A stretch of 64,000 nt of DNA from an uncultured Chloroflexia bacterium. Lineage in GTDB: Bacteria > Chloroflexota > Limnocylindria > Limnocylindrales > CSP1-4. The DNA is taken from positions 64,001 through 128,000 of the forward strand of contig CAVTHS010000010.1 in assembly GCA_963734535.1 (NCBI GenBank). The letters run 5' to 3'. Under the pieces are notes generated by a model. The model was given only the letters and a program-made list of their open reading frames with translations, had not been told where the DNA came from and did no database searches. The position numbers and the translations under genes were made by a program. Positions 19,517 to 29,593 of this stretch are shown piece by piece (positions within the stretch are counted from its first letter, which is position 1; each line of letters opens with the position of its first letter).

Positions 19517-20185
19517 CTAGACGACGACGCGGCGGTCGGCGTGCTTCGTCCGTTCCGCGCGGATGATCGCGTCGATCTGTTCGGCCGTCCGCTCCACCTG
19601 GCCGTCCTCGTTGAGGACCACCTCGTCGTAGTCGCCCTGCCGGGCGAGCTCGATCGCCGCGTTGCGCTGGCGAATCTCCAGCTCGCCGGCCGACTCCGTC
19701 GCCCGCGAGCGGAGGCGCCGGAAGAGCGCCTCGAGCGACGGCGGCACGACGAACACGAGGAGCGCATCCGGGACGCAGGCCTTGACCGCGGCGGCGCCCT
19801 GCACGTCGATCTTGAGGATCACGTCGTGGCCGGCAGCCAGCGCCCGGCGGACCTCGGCGCGCGGCGTCGCGTAGAGGTTCCCGTGGACCTCGGCCCACTC
19901 GAGAAACGCACCTGCGTCGCGGAGCGCACGGAAGCGCTCGCCGGACATGAAGTGGTAGCTCCGTCCGTCGACCTCCCCCGGCCGCGGGACCCTGGTCGTG
20001 CACGTGACCACGTAGTGATAGTCGCGATCACGCGGCCGGACGCGCAGGGCGTCGATGATCGTGTCCTTGCCCACGCCCGACGGGCCCGAGACCACCACGA
20101 GCAGGGCGCCCGGGGCTCCCTCGCTCGGCGCGCCGAAGAACGGGTCGTCGGTGTCCGGGGCGGACCCCAGGCGCCGCTCGGTCAT
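19517..20185 (-). CDS. gmk: Guanylate kinase
   Basis: VSGPSGVGKDT, TTRVPRPGEVDGRSYHF, LEWAEVHGNLY, IDVQGA. Confidence 0.96.
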   Translation of the reverse strand: MTERRLGSAPDTDDPFFGAPSEGAPGALLVVVSGPSGVGKDTIIDALRVRPRDRDYHYVVTCTTRVPRPGEVDGRSYHFMSGERFRALRDAGAFLEWAEVHGNLYATPRAEVRRALAAGHDVILKIDVQGAAAVKACVPDALLVFVVPPSLEALFRRLRSRATESAGELEIRQRNAAIELARQGDYDEVVLNEDGQVERTAEQIDAIIRAERTKHADRRVVV

Positions 20186-21144
20186 CGAGCGTGACCGAGG
20201 TCGGGTCCGGCGGTCCCCGGCGCGCCGGTGGCGATGGCGCGGAGCAGGTCCAGGACACGGTCCAGCGCCTCCGGGAGCGGCGCCTCGACGCGGACGAGGT
20301 CGCCCGTCCCGGGCGAGGCGAAGACGATCCGCCAGGCGTGCAGGAAGAGCCGCTCCAGGCCGTCCGGGCCGCGGCGCGACGTCCCCGTCCCATAGACCGG
20401 ATCGCCGGCGACGGCGTGGCCCAGCGCGGCGAGGTGGACCCGGATCTGGTGCGTGCGGCCCGTGACCAGGTCGACTTCGAGCAGGGTCCAGCCCCGGAAC
20501 CGCTCGCGGACCCGGTACCCCGTCACGGACGGTCGTCCGTCGGGAACCACGGCCATCCGGGTCCGCTGCCGCGGGTCGCGCCCGATCGGGGCCTCGATCC
20601 GCCCGGCGGCGGCCTCCACGTTCCCGTGCACGAGCGCGAGGTACGTCTTCTTCACGCGGCGCGCCTTGAGCTGGGCCATCAGGCTCGCCTGCGCCGCATC
20701 GGTCTTGGCGACCATGATCAGGCCGGACGTGTCGCGGTCCAGGCGGTGAACGATCCCAGGCCGGGCGACGCCCGCGATCCCCCCGTATTCCGTGTCCCGG
20801 GCCAGGAGCGCGTTGACCATCGTCCCGCTCCAGTGACCGGGCGACGGGTGAACGACGAGCCCGGCTGGCTTGTTCACGACGAGGACGTCCGCATCCTCGT
20901 AGAGGACCTCGAGCGGGATCGCTTCGGGCTCGACGTCGGGCGGCTCCGCGGCGGGCACGAACAGATCCAGCGCATCGCCTGCCCGCACGAGGGATCGGGC
21001 CTTCAGGGTCACCCCGCCGATCGTGAGGTGCCCGTCCGTGATCAGGCGCTGGACCCGGCTCCGCGAGAGGCCCGAGAGGTCGGAGGCGACGCGGTCCACG
21101 CGCCCACCCGAGCCTTCCGGGACGACCAGGCGGAGCTCCGTCAT
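20182..21144 (-). CDS. rluD: RluA/RluD family pseudouridine synthase
   Basis: S4-like N-terminus, NKPAGLVVHP, HRLDRDTSG, GRTHQIRVH, LHAW; downstream of lspA. Confidence 0.9.
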   Translation of the reverse strand: MTELRLVVPEGSGGRVDRVASDLSGLSRSRVQRLITDGHLTIGGVTLKARSLVRAGDALDLFVPAAEPPDVEPEAIPLEVLYEDADVLVVNKPAGLVVHPSPGHWSGTMVNALLARDTEYGGIAGVARPGIVHRLDRDTSGLIMVAKTDAAQASLMAQLKARRVKKTYLALVHGNVEAAAGRIEAPIGRDPRQRTRMAVVPDGRPSVTGYRVRERFRGWTLLEVDLVTGRTHQIRVHLAALGHAVAGDPVYGTGTSRRGPDGLERLFLHAWRIVFASPGTGDLVRVEAPLPEALDRVLDLLRAIATGAPGTAGPDLGHAR

Positions 21145-21686
21145 CCGGCAATCCAGGGGCGGCGGCTCGACGGCCAGAAGGCCATCAGGATCAGCAGGAC
21201 GAGCGCGGCGCTGATCGCCGCGTCCGCCACGTTGTACGTGTAGAACCGAAGGTCGCCGATGCCCATGTTGACGAAGTCGACGACGTAGCCGACCCGGAGC
21301 CGGTCCGCGAGGTTGCCCACGGCGCCCCCCAGGAGCAGCCCCAGCGCGAGGGTCGCGAACCAGCCGTTCGTGACCACCGACCGCCCGTGGAACCAGACGA
21401 TCAGGCCGACCACGCCGATGCTGAGCGCGGCGAACAGGTACGCCTGGTTCCTGAAGAGCCCGAAGAGGGCGCCGCTGTTCTGGACGGGCTCGATCCTGAC
21501 GAAGTCGCCCATGATCGGCATCCGGGCGCCGAACGCGACCGTGGCGAGGACCCACTGCTTGACGAGCTGGTCGACCACCACGATGCCGCCGGCGAGGGCG
21601 AGGAACGCCGCCCAGTGGTGCGAGATGCGGTCCGGTGCCCGGGCCGGGATCTGGCCCGGCTCGACGGACGGGACAGCGTCATGCAT
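21141..21686 (-). CDS. lspA: Lipoprotein signal peptidase II
   Basis: DQLVKQWV, NSGALFG, GGAVGNLADR, VVDF, YNVADAAI. Confidence 0.95.
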   Translation of the reverse strand: MHDAVPSVEPGQIPARAPDRISHHWAAFLALAGGIVVVDQLVKQWVLATVAFGARMPIMGDFVRIEPVQNSGALFGLFRNQAYLFAALSIGVVGLIVWFHGRSVVTNGWFATLALGLLLGGAVGNLADRLRVGYVVDFVNMGIGDLRFYTYNVADAAISAALVLLILMAFWPSSRRPWIAG

Positions 21687-24600
21687 TCGCGGGCTCCGGG
21701 CGCTCGACGCGGGCCACGCGGCGGAGCGCGATGTTCGCCTCGCCCCCGGAGAGCTTCACGCTCGCCTGGGCCCAGCCGGCCGGCGGTACGCCCAGCGTGA
21801 CGCCGTCGGCGAGGGTCTCGGCGGCGACCGCGTCGAGGAACGGGCGGATCCGGGCGGCGTCCGGGCCGAGGTCCGCGACCAGCTCGATCCGGTCGGCGAG
21901 CTCGAGCGCCGCATCGCGCCGGAGGTCCTGCACGGCTCGCTGGATCTCCCGCGCGTCGCCCTCGGCGCGCAGCGCAGGCGTGAGCTCGGTGTCGATCACG
22001 ACCACGAGCCCCTCGTCGTGCGCGACCGCGGTGCCCGGCCGCGGCGAGGCGAGAATCTCGACCTCGTCCGGCGCCAGAACGACGCCCGCGAGGGCAACGC
22101 TGCCGTCGGGGCGGACCTCGAAGGCGCCCTCGCGCGCGGCGGCCATGACGGCCGGGATCGCAGCGCCCAGCTTCCTGCCGATCCGCGGCAGGAGCGGCTT
22201 GACGCGCCGCTCCACGAGCTCCGACTCGTCCCCGATCCGGATGACCTCCTTGACATTGACCTCGTCGCCAATGACCTCGAGGAGCGCATCGAGGTCCGGG
22301 TGCGCGGTGCCGGGGAGCGCGATCCACAGCCGCGCGAGCGGCTGGCGCGTCTTCAGCCCGGCCTGCGAGCGGAGCGTGCGAGCCAGCTCGACCGCGCGCT
22401 GAGCGTGGGCGGTCGCGGCCTCGAGGGCCGCGTCCCGCAGCGGAGCGAGCTCCGCTGCGGGCCAGCGGGTGAGGTGGACGCTCTCGGGCGCGTCCAGGCC
22501 AGCCGCCACGACGAGGTTCTGGTGAATCGCCTCGGTCAGGAACGGGAGGAGCGGCGCCATCACCCGCACCAGCCCGCCGAGCGTCGCGTGCAGCGTCGCG
22601 AACGCCGCATCGCGGTCGGCCAGGTCCTCCGAGCGCGAGAAGCGCTTCCGGTTCCGGCGGAGGTACCAGGTCGAGAGATCGTCGATGAAGCCCGAGATGG
22701 TGCTCGCGGCGGCGTCCGGGTCGTAGTTGGCAAGGCGATCCTCGACTCGTTCCGCGACGCCGGCGAGGCGCGAGAGGATCCAGCGGTCGAGCGGCGGCCG
22801 GCCGGCCACGCGCACCGGGTCGGGGGCAGTGGCCTCGTCGGCACCCGGCGACCAGCCCGCCAGCCGCGCGTACGTGACGAGGAACGCGTACACGTTCCAG
22901 AGGACGAGCAGCTCGCGGCGCGCCTCGTCGGCCGCGTGCCAGCCGAAGAGGATGTTGTCGTCGGGACGGGCCTTGGCGTACATCCAGCGCATCACGTCGA
23001 CGCCCATCCGCTCGGCCGCCTCGTCGAACTCGATGGCGTTGCCCCAGCTCTTGTGCATGGGGCGACCATCCTCGCCGAAGAGCGTCGCGTAGCCGAAGAT
23101 CGTGGTGAAAGGGGCCTCGCGGCGCAGGACCGTGCTCATCGCGAGCATCGAGTAGAACCAGTTCCGGAACTGGCCCGGGAAGCTCTCGGTCACGAAGTCC
23201 GCCGGAAACCAGTCCTGCCAGAAGGCCGGGTCCTCGCGGTAGTGGAGCGTGGAGAACGGCACGATCCCGGCGTCGAGCCAGGGGTTCCCCACGTCGAGGA
23301 TCCTCGACACGGGCGCCCCGCAGGTCGGACAGGCAATCCGGACCGCGTCCACGTAGGGGCGGTGGGACGTGTGCCCCTCGAGCTGGTCCCAGCCGTCCAC
23401 GGCCCGCGTGCGCAGCTCCTCCCGGCCGCCCACGACGTCGAAGGTCCCGCAGGCCGCGCAGTCGTAGATCGGGAGGGCCAGCCCCCAGTAGCGCTTCTTG
23501 CTGATCATCCAGTCGTGCATGTTGAGCAGCCAGTCGAGCTCCCTTTCGTACCCGAAGGACGGCAGCCACCGGATCCGGTCCACCACGTCCATGATCTGGT
23601 AGCGCAGGCTCGCGTCCACCTGCTCCTTCGAGAGCTGGTCGCGCGGCACGTCGTAGACCGGGCCCATGCTCACGAACCACTCGTCCACGAGGCGGAAGAC
23701 GAGCGGCGTGCCGCAGCGCCAGCAGTGGGGGTAGCGGTGGACGATCGGCTCGAGCCGGTAGAACAGCCCGTGATGCCTGAGGTGCTCCACGACCGGTTCG
23801 ACGCTGTCGCGGACGTCGCGCCCGGCCAGGAACCCGAAGCCCTCGATGAAGATCCCGCCCTCGTCCAGCGGGGCGAGCATCGGCAGGCCGAGCGCTTTCC
23901 CGAGGGCGAAGTCCTCGGCGCCGCACCCGGGCGCGATGTGGACGATCCCCGTTCCCTCGTCCTCGCCGACCTCGTCCCACGGGATCACCCGGTGCTCGTA
24001 CGGGCCGTCGTCCGGGCGGCGACCCGCGAAGGCGGCACGGACGGCCGGGAGGTCGTCGAACGGCCCCCGATAGCGCCAGCCCACGAGGTCGGAGCCCGGC
24101 CGCTCCTCCACGATCTCGAACGGCCCGACGAGCGCCTGGCGCAGCGTCCCCCGTCCCAGCCAGAGGAGGCTCTCGCCCTGGCGCACCTTCACGTAGCGAA
24201 GCTCGGGGCCGACCGCGGCGGCCACGTTGGAGGTAAGGGTCCAGGGCGTCGTGGTCCAGGCCAGGAGCGCCTCGCCCGGCCGGTCCAGCAGGGGCAGGCG
24301 GACAGTCAGCCCCGGGTCCGTGCGGTCGGCGTACCCCTCGGTCATCTCGTGCTGGCTGATCCCGGTTCCGCAGCGCGCGCACCATGGCATCGTGTCGTGG
24401 CCCTTGTAGAGCCAGCCGCGCCGGTGGCACTCCGCGAGAAATCCCCAGATCAGGTCGTTGTTCTCGTTGCTGAACGTGAAGTACGACCCGCCGAGCTCCG
24501 GCATCCCGAGCCGGCCGACGAGCATCTCGACACGGTCGGTGACGGGTCCCTGCGGTCCGCTGAGGGTCGCCTCCTGCGCGGGATCCGCGCCCAGCAGGTC

Positions 24601-25062
24601 GCGCAGCCGGCGCAGCTCGTCCGGATCGTTCCAGTCCATCCAGTAGCCAAGCCGGATCGACTGCTCCGTCTGGCGCGCCGCGAAGGTGAGCACGCGCTGC
24701 TTGCAGAGACGCACGAACTCCGCGATCCCGTGCTCCTCGATATCACGCTTCGAGGTGAAACCGAGGTCGCGCTCCACGTTGACCTCTACCCACAGGCCCT
24801 GGCAGTCGAAGCCGTTCTGCCAGCGCTGGTCCTCGCCGCGCATGGCGTGGAACCGCTGGAAGACATCCTTGTAGGTGCGACCCCAGGCGTGGTGCACGCC
24901 CATCGGGTTGTTGGCCGTGATCGGCCCGTCGAGGAAGCTCCAGCGCGGCCCGCCGGCGTTCTGGGCGCGCAGACGGGCGAACGTCCGGCGCTCGCGCCAG
25001 AGGGCGAGGATCTCGTGCTCCTGGGCAACGAGGTCGGGCTTGCTGGCGACGGGTGCGAACAT
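21679..25062 (-). CDS. ileS: Isoleucyl-tRNA synthetase, type 2
   Basis: FLDGPITAN, GFDCQGL, WTTTPWTL, GTGIVHIAPG, DWMISKKRYWG, MHKSWGN; IleRS2-type C-terminus without Zn finger. Confidence 0.95.
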   Translation of the reverse strand: MFAPVASKPDLVAQEHEILALWRERRTFARLRAQNAGGPRWSFLDGPITANNPMGVHHAWGRTYKDVFQRFHAMRGEDQRWQNGFDCQGLWVEVNVERDLGFTSKRDIEEHGIAEFVRLCKQRVLTFAARQTEQSIRLGYWMDWNDPDELRRLRDLLGADPAQEATLSGPQGPVTDRVEMLVGRLGMPELGGSYFTFSNENNDLIWGFLAECHRRGWLYKGHDTMPWCARCGTGISQHEMTEGYADRTDPGLTVRLPLLDRPGEALLAWTTTPWTLTSNVAAAVGPELRYVKVRQGESLLWLGRGTLRQALVGPFEIVEERPGSDLVGWRYRGPFDDLPAVRAAFAGRRPDDGPYEHRVIPWDEVGEDEGTGIVHIAPGCGAEDFALGKALGLPMLAPLDEGGIFIEGFGFLAGRDVRDSVEPVVEHLRHHGLFYRLEPIVHRYPHCWRCGTPLVFRLVDEWFVSMGPVYDVPRDQLSKEQVDASLRYQIMDVVDRIRWLPSFGYERELDWLLNMHDWMISKKRYWGLALPIYDCAACGTFDVVGGREELRTRAVDGWDQLEGHTSHRPYVDAVRIACPTCGAPVSRILDVGNPWLDAGIVPFSTLHYREDPAFWQDWFPADFVTESFPGQFRNWFYSMLAMSTVLRREAPFTTIFGYATLFGEDGRPMHKSWGNAIEFDEAAERMGVDVMRWMYAKARPDDNILFGWHAADEARRELLVLWNVYAFLVTYARLAGWSPGADEATAPDPVRVAGRPPLDRWILSRLAGVAERVEDRLANYDPDAAASTISGFIDDLSTWYLRRNRKRFSRSEDLADRDAAFATLHATLGGLVRVMAPLLPFLTEAIHQNLVVAAGLDAPESVHLTRWPAAELAPLRDAALEAATAHAQRAVELARTLRSQAGLKTRQPLARLWIALPGTAHPDLDALLEVIGDEVNVKEVIRIGDESELVERRVKPLLPRIGRKLGAAIPAVMAAAREGAFEVRPDGSVALAGVVLAPDEVEILASPRPGTAVAHDEGLVVVIDTELTPALRAEGDAREIQRAVQDLRRDAALELADRIELVADLGPDAARIRPFLDAVAAETLADGVTLGVPPAGWAQASVKLSGGEANIALRRVARVERPEPANA

Positions 25063-25164
25063 CGGGCCTCGGAAGCGGGTCTCTGGGCCGGGGGAGCACG
25101 AGCGTCACGTGCCGGCCCGGTCGGCCTTCACAGGGCCTCGGACACGCCCCACGGAGGTTCCCCG

Positions 25165-25170
25165 TATCCT
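25165..25170 (+). promoter_or_regulatory. -10 box (TATCCT) of a probable leaderless LCP transcript
   Basis: TATCCT 7 nt before ATG 25178. Confidence 0.5.
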
Positions 25171-25177
25171 ACCCGCG

Positions 25178-26971
25178 ATGCAGCAGCAGCAGGAAGCACG
25201 GCCGCGGGCACGCCCGCGAGCACGGTCCGCGTTCACCGCGGCATTCCTGAGCCTCATCTTCCCGGGGCTCGGCCACGCCTATGCCCGTGCGTGGTACCGG
25301 GCGGTAGCGTTCGCGGCGGCCCCGTTCCTGCTCCTTGCCCTCCTCGCCGGCGCGCTGATCAGCTACAACATCGAGGTCCTCGGCGTTGCCCTGCAGCCGC
25401 CGGTCCTCATCGCGATCCTCGTCGGGAACGTCGTCGCGTACGGGTACCGGATCGTCGCCGCGGTCGACGCCTACCGGGTCGTCCGCTACCTGAACCGCGT
25501 GTCGGACGGCGGGGCCGGCCGCCTCGGGCCTGCCCGCGCGAGCCTTGCCCCGATCTCGCTCGCCGGCCTGCTCGCGGTGATCCTGGTGATGGGCGGCGCC
25601 CACGCCGCCGTGGCGTACTACGACCTCCAGGCACTGACCGCGGTCCAGAACATCTTCAATCCGACCGACACGGGTGCGGGGCCCGGCGTTTCGCCGGCAC
25701 CGGGCGCGACGGGAGCCGCCGGTGCCACGGCGAGCCCGGAACCGTCCGTGCCCGCCCCATCGGTCGGGGCGAGCGCGGCGCCGTCCCTCGTCCCGTGGAA
25801 CGGGACCGGCCGCCTCAACGTGCTCCTCATCGGGACCGACAAGCGGCCCGCCGAGGGGACCTGGAACACGGACACCCTGATCGTGGCGAGCATCGACCCG
25901 GCCTCTCACCAGGTCGCGATGTTCAGCCTCCCGCGTGACACGGTGGGTGTCCCCCTGCCGCCGATCCCGGCCCGCTCGACCTTCGGTGCGACGTACAACC
26001 TCAAGATCAACTCGCTCTTCCTGCAGGCCCGGGCACGCCCCGACCTGTTCCCCGGGGGCGGATATGAGGCGCTGAAGGACACGCTCGGGTACCTGTATGG
26101 GATCCCCATCAGCTATTTCGTCGAGGTCGACTTCAGCGGCTTCAGGACGGTCGTGGACGCGCTCGGCGGCGTCACCGTGAACGTCCAGGTGCCGGTCGTC
26201 GACGACTACTACCCCGGGGACAAGGGCACGCTCCGGGTCTATATCCAGACCGGCGTCCAGCATATGACCGGCACCCAGGCGCTGATCTACGCTCGCTCCC
26301 GCCACGGCTCGAGCGATTTCGACCGTGCCTCGCGGCAGCAGCGCGTCCTCCTGTCCCTGCGCCAGCAGGCCGACTTCGCCACCCTGATCCAGCGCCTGCC
26401 CGATCTCGTCCAGAGCACCTCGCGGGCCGTCAAGACCGACTTCCCGATCGCCAAGCTCCCGCAGCTCATCGACCTCGCCAGCCGGATCGACATCGGCAAC
26501 ATCCGGTCGTTCGTCTTCTCGCCGCCGTACTACGGGATCGAGGGGTACCCCGGCGGCATCTACACGCTGAGCCCGAACGTCCCGCGCATCCGGGCCGCCG
26601 TGGGCAGCGCCTTCGACTTCGACCCGCGCGTGGAGGCCCAGCGGCAGTCGGTCGCCCAGGAAGGCGCCCGCGTCTGGGTCCTCAACGGGACGGGCACGAA
26701 CGGGACGGCAGCCGCCGTGGCGGGCTACCTCGACTTCCGGGGCGTGGCGGCATCCGCGCCCAACCAGCGGCCCCCGGCGGGAAGCGTCCCGGCCGCCACG
26801 ATCGTCCGGGTCTACAACGGTGCCGGGGCGAAGATGCCGCTGACGCTGGCCCTGCTCAAGGACGTCTTCGGCGTCGCGGTGGTGCCGGTGACCGACCCCG
26901 CGGTCAAGGTCGACGTCATCGTCACGACGGGAACCCGGACGCCGACGCTCGAGGCGCCCGCCATCCCCTGA
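25178..26971 (+). CDS. LCP (LytR-CpsA-Psr) family protein with N-terminal TM region and LytR_C domain
   Basis: NVLLIGTD, TDTLIV, SLPRD, KINS, ALIYARSRH, DFDRASRQQ; C-terminal VWVLNGTG. Confidence 0.92.
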   Translation: MQQQQEARPRARPRARSAFTAAFLSLIFPGLGHAYARAWYRAVAFAAAPFLLLALLAGALISYNIEVLGVALQPPVLIAILVGNVVAYGYRIVAAVDAYRVVRYLNRVSDGGAGRLGPARASLAPISLAGLLAVILVMGGAHAAVAYYDLQALTAVQNIFNPTDTGAGPGVSPAPGATGAAGATASPEPSVPAPSVGASAAPSLVPWNGTGRLNVLLIGTDKRPAEGTWNTDTLIVASIDPASHQVAMFSLPRDTVGVPLPPIPARSTFGATYNLKINSLFLQARARPDLFPGGGYEALKDTLGYLYGIPISYFVEVDFSGFRTVVDALGGVTVNVQVPVVDDYYPGDKGTLRVYIQTGVQHMTGTQALIYARSRHGSSDFDRASRQQRVLLSLRQQADFATLIQRLPDLVQSTSRAVKTDFPIAKLPQLIDLASRIDIGNIRSFVFSPPYYGIEGYPGGIYTLSPNVPRIRAAVGSAFDFDPRVEAQRQSVAQEGARVWVLNGTGTNGTAAAVAGYLDFRGVAASAPNQRPPAGSVPAATIVRVYNGAGAKMPLTLALLKDVFGVAVVPVTDPAVKVDVIVTTGTRTPTLEAPAIP

Positions 26972-27043
26972 CCCGGATCGCGCCCGCCGGCGCGATAGGT
27001 TGCCTGCCGCGTCAGGCCCGTGCGCCCGTCGGGGCGCGACCGC

Positions 27044-28030
27044 TCAGCCCGGATAGATGGGCGTGACCCAATGCCGGTAGGCCGGAACGTTGCCGCGCAC
27101 GATCTCGAAGTAGCGATCCTTGACCCGCGCCGTGATCGGACCCACGCCGCCCGAACCCACCTTTCGGTGGTCGACCTCGATGATCGGGCTGATCTGGGCG
27201 CCGGTTCCGCAGAAGAACGCCTCGTCCGCCACGTAGACCTCGGACCGGTCGATCGAGCGTTCCACGACGCGGAGCCCGAGGTCCGCGCAGATCTCCATGA
27301 TCCCGGCCCGGGTGATGCCCTCCAGGATGTCGTCGGAGACCGGCGGCGTGACGAGGATGCCGTCGCGCACGACGAAGATGTTCTCCGCGGAGCCTTCGGA
27401 GACGTGGCCGTCGTCGGAGAGGACCAGCGCCTCGTCGAAGCCGTTGAGCATCGCCTCGCTCTTGCTGAAGGCCGGGTTCACGTACGAGCCGACGATCTTC
27501 GCCCGCGACGGAATCGCCGGGTCGGACGTCCGCCGCCAGGAGACGGTCCCGATTCGGACGCCGACGTTCGTGTCGACGTAGTCGCCGAACGGGAGCGCCA
27601 GGATGTAGTAGCGGTGCTCGAGGCCATGGAGCCTGACCCCGATCGCCTGCGTGCTCTTGTAGAACGACGGCCGGATGTACGCGTCCTCGCGGAACGCGTT
27701 CCGCCGCAGGACTTCCACGACCTCCGACGTCAGCTGCTCGACCGACGGCACGTCGTCCATGAGCATGATCCTGCAGGAGTTGCGGATCCGCTCCATGTGC
27801 TCCCGGACCTTGAGCGCGTAGAGCTGCCCCTGGTCGGCGTTCCAATAGGCCCGGATCCCCTCGAACACGGCCGTCCCGTACATGAACGCGTGGGTCATGA
27901 TGCTGACGTTCGCCTCGGCGAGCGGGACGTAGCGGCCCTCGAACAGGCAGACGCGGGTGGCGAGGTCGGCCGGCTCGCCGGCTGCCCTCTGGGCGGGCGC
28001 CGCCAGGGCGGCGGGCTTCTCGGTGATCAT
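27044..28030 (-). CDS. ilvE: Branched-chain amino acid aminotransferase
   Basis: YGTAVFEGIRAY, EGSAENIF, ILEGITR, DEAFFCGTGA. Confidence 0.94.
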   Translation of the reverse strand: MITEKPAALAAPAQRAAGEPADLATRVCLFEGRYVPLAEANVSIMTHAFMYGTAVFEGIRAYWNADQGQLYALKVREHMERIRNSCRIMLMDDVPSVEQLTSEVVEVLRRNAFREDAYIRPSFYKSTQAIGVRLHGLEHRYYILALPFGDYVDTNVGVRIGTVSWRRTSDPAIPSRAKIVGSYVNPAFSKSEAMLNGFDEALVLSDDGHVSEGSAENIFVVRDGILVTPPVSDDILEGITRAGIMEICADLGLRVVERSIDRSEVYVADEAFFCGTGAQISPIIEVDHRKVGSGGVGPITARVKDRYFEIVRGNVPAYRHWVTPIYPG

Positions 28031-28139
28031 CCGATCGGGCTCCTGGAGCGTGGTCCGGCGGTGACCCGGCGGGCTCGCGGACGATCCCGAGTATACCGTC
28101 CGTCCCGTCGGCGCCGGCTGGGACGGACGATCGCCGGGA

Positions 28140-29186
28140 TCAGGCGGCGGATTCGGCGAGCGCCCGGATCACGAGCAGGAGGTAGCCGACGTAGAAGATG
28201 CCGCCGGCGGCGAGGCCCCGACCCGTGAGGAGGCCCCGGAAGCGGAGCGGCACGAAGATCACCAGGATCGAAAGGATCGCGATCCCCGCCGACAGGAAGC
28301 TGAGCTGCGACTCGGCCCCGATCGTCCAGGCGGCCGGGGCGAAGAGGAGGGCGACCGAGGTCGGGATCGCGCTCTGGAAGACCATCGCCCCGGTGATGTT
28401 GCCGAGCGCGAGCGTGTCCTTCCCCTGCCGGACCCAGATCACGCTGTTGAACTTCTCCGGAAGCTCGGTCGCGATGGGAGCGATGACGAGCGCGAGGAGC
28501 GCCGAGCCGACGCCGAGCGAGGCCGCGAGCTCCTGCACGGCACCCACGAAGAAGACGGCGCCGACCACGATGCAGCCAAGCGACAGCAGCACCTGGACGC
28601 CCACCACCCGAAGCCGTGGCACCGTGTGGTGGCCGCGCCCGCGATCGAGGTGCCGGAGCCGAAGGGGCGCCAGGTCCTCGTCGTGCTCGCCGGCCTCGGC
28701 CTGGAGGTGGCCCCGCACGTACCAGCCGTAGAGCGCGATCAGGACGACGGCGACCCCGACCTTGGCGAGCTCGAAGCCGGGCGGCAGGAAGGCGGCGCCG
28801 ATCGCCAGCCCATATCCCAGGCCGAACCAGCGCAGGTCGTGCAGGAGGACCTTCTGGTCGACCACCACCTCGACCCCCTGGCGCCGCCGGCGGCGGAACA
28901 CGAGGATCGCGATCCCCGTCACGAACATGGCCAGCGTGGCGAGCATGAACGGCGCACCGAGCACCGCCCCGACGCCGACTTCGGCTGCCGCGCTCCCGCC
29001 GCCGAAGATGATCGCGACGAACGGGATCATCGTCTCGGGCAGGGCCGTCCCGACGGCCGCGAGGACGGACCCGACGGCGCCCTCCGCGAGATCCAGCTTG
29101 CGACCGAACCACTCGATGCCGTTGGTGAAGAGCTCCGCCCCGAGGAGGATCACGACAAGCGCGATGACGAGGATGACGAGATCCAT
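28140..29186 (-). CDS. Ca2+/Na+ (CaCA family) antiporter
   Basis: Multi-TM with alpha repeats GTALPE and ATELPE, LALGNITG. Confidence 0.88.
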   Translation of the reverse strand: MDLVILVIALVVILLGAELFTNGIEWFGRKLDLAEGAVGSVLAAVGTALPETMIPFVAIIFGGGSAAAEVGVGAVLGAPFMLATLAMFVTGIAILVFRRRRRQGVEVVVDQKVLLHDLRWFGLGYGLAIGAAFLPPGFELAKVGVAVVLIALYGWYVRGHLQAEAGEHDEDLAPLRLRHLDRGRGHHTVPRLRVVGVQVLLSLGCIVVGAVFFVGAVQELAASLGVGSALLALVIAPIATELPEKFNSVIWVRQGKDTLALGNITGAMVFQSAIPTSVALLFAPAAWTIGAESQLSFLSAGIAILSILVIFVPLRFRGLLTGRGLAAGGIFYVGYLLLVIRALAESAA

Positions 29187-29189
29187 GGG

Positions 29190-29586
29190 CTACGCCGCCG
29201 GCCGCTGCGCGACGACCACGGCGAGCGCGATGACGATCGAGCACGGCGGCCCCGAGGCCCGCCATCCGCCGCTCGCCCGCGCCAAGGAAGCCGACGACCG
29301 CGGCGGCGACCCGCAGGAGCGGGGTGGCCAGCATCGCCAGGAGACCCAGCCACAGGAACCCCTCCGGGCGGAGGGCGAGGATGTCGGCGGGGATTCGCGC
29401 CGGATCGAGGCCCGGCAGGGTCCGCTCGAGGGGAGATCCGCCCGCGATCGCGAGCAGGGCCACGCCGACCGCGAGGAGCCCGATGCTCAGCAGCGTGCCC
29501 ACCCGGAGGATTCGCGCGATCGACCGGTCCACGGGGGCGGGGCGCGACGCGGCGGTGCCGGCGCTGCTCGCGCCCGACGCGGTCAC
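29190..29586 (-). CDS. DUF1634-like membrane protein (frameshift near 29240)
   Basis: IARILRVG...LGLLAMLATPLLRV...GERR; typical partner of TauE; last TM and TAG stop in a shifted frame. Confidence 0.8.
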
Positions 29587-29593
29587 GGGGCCG

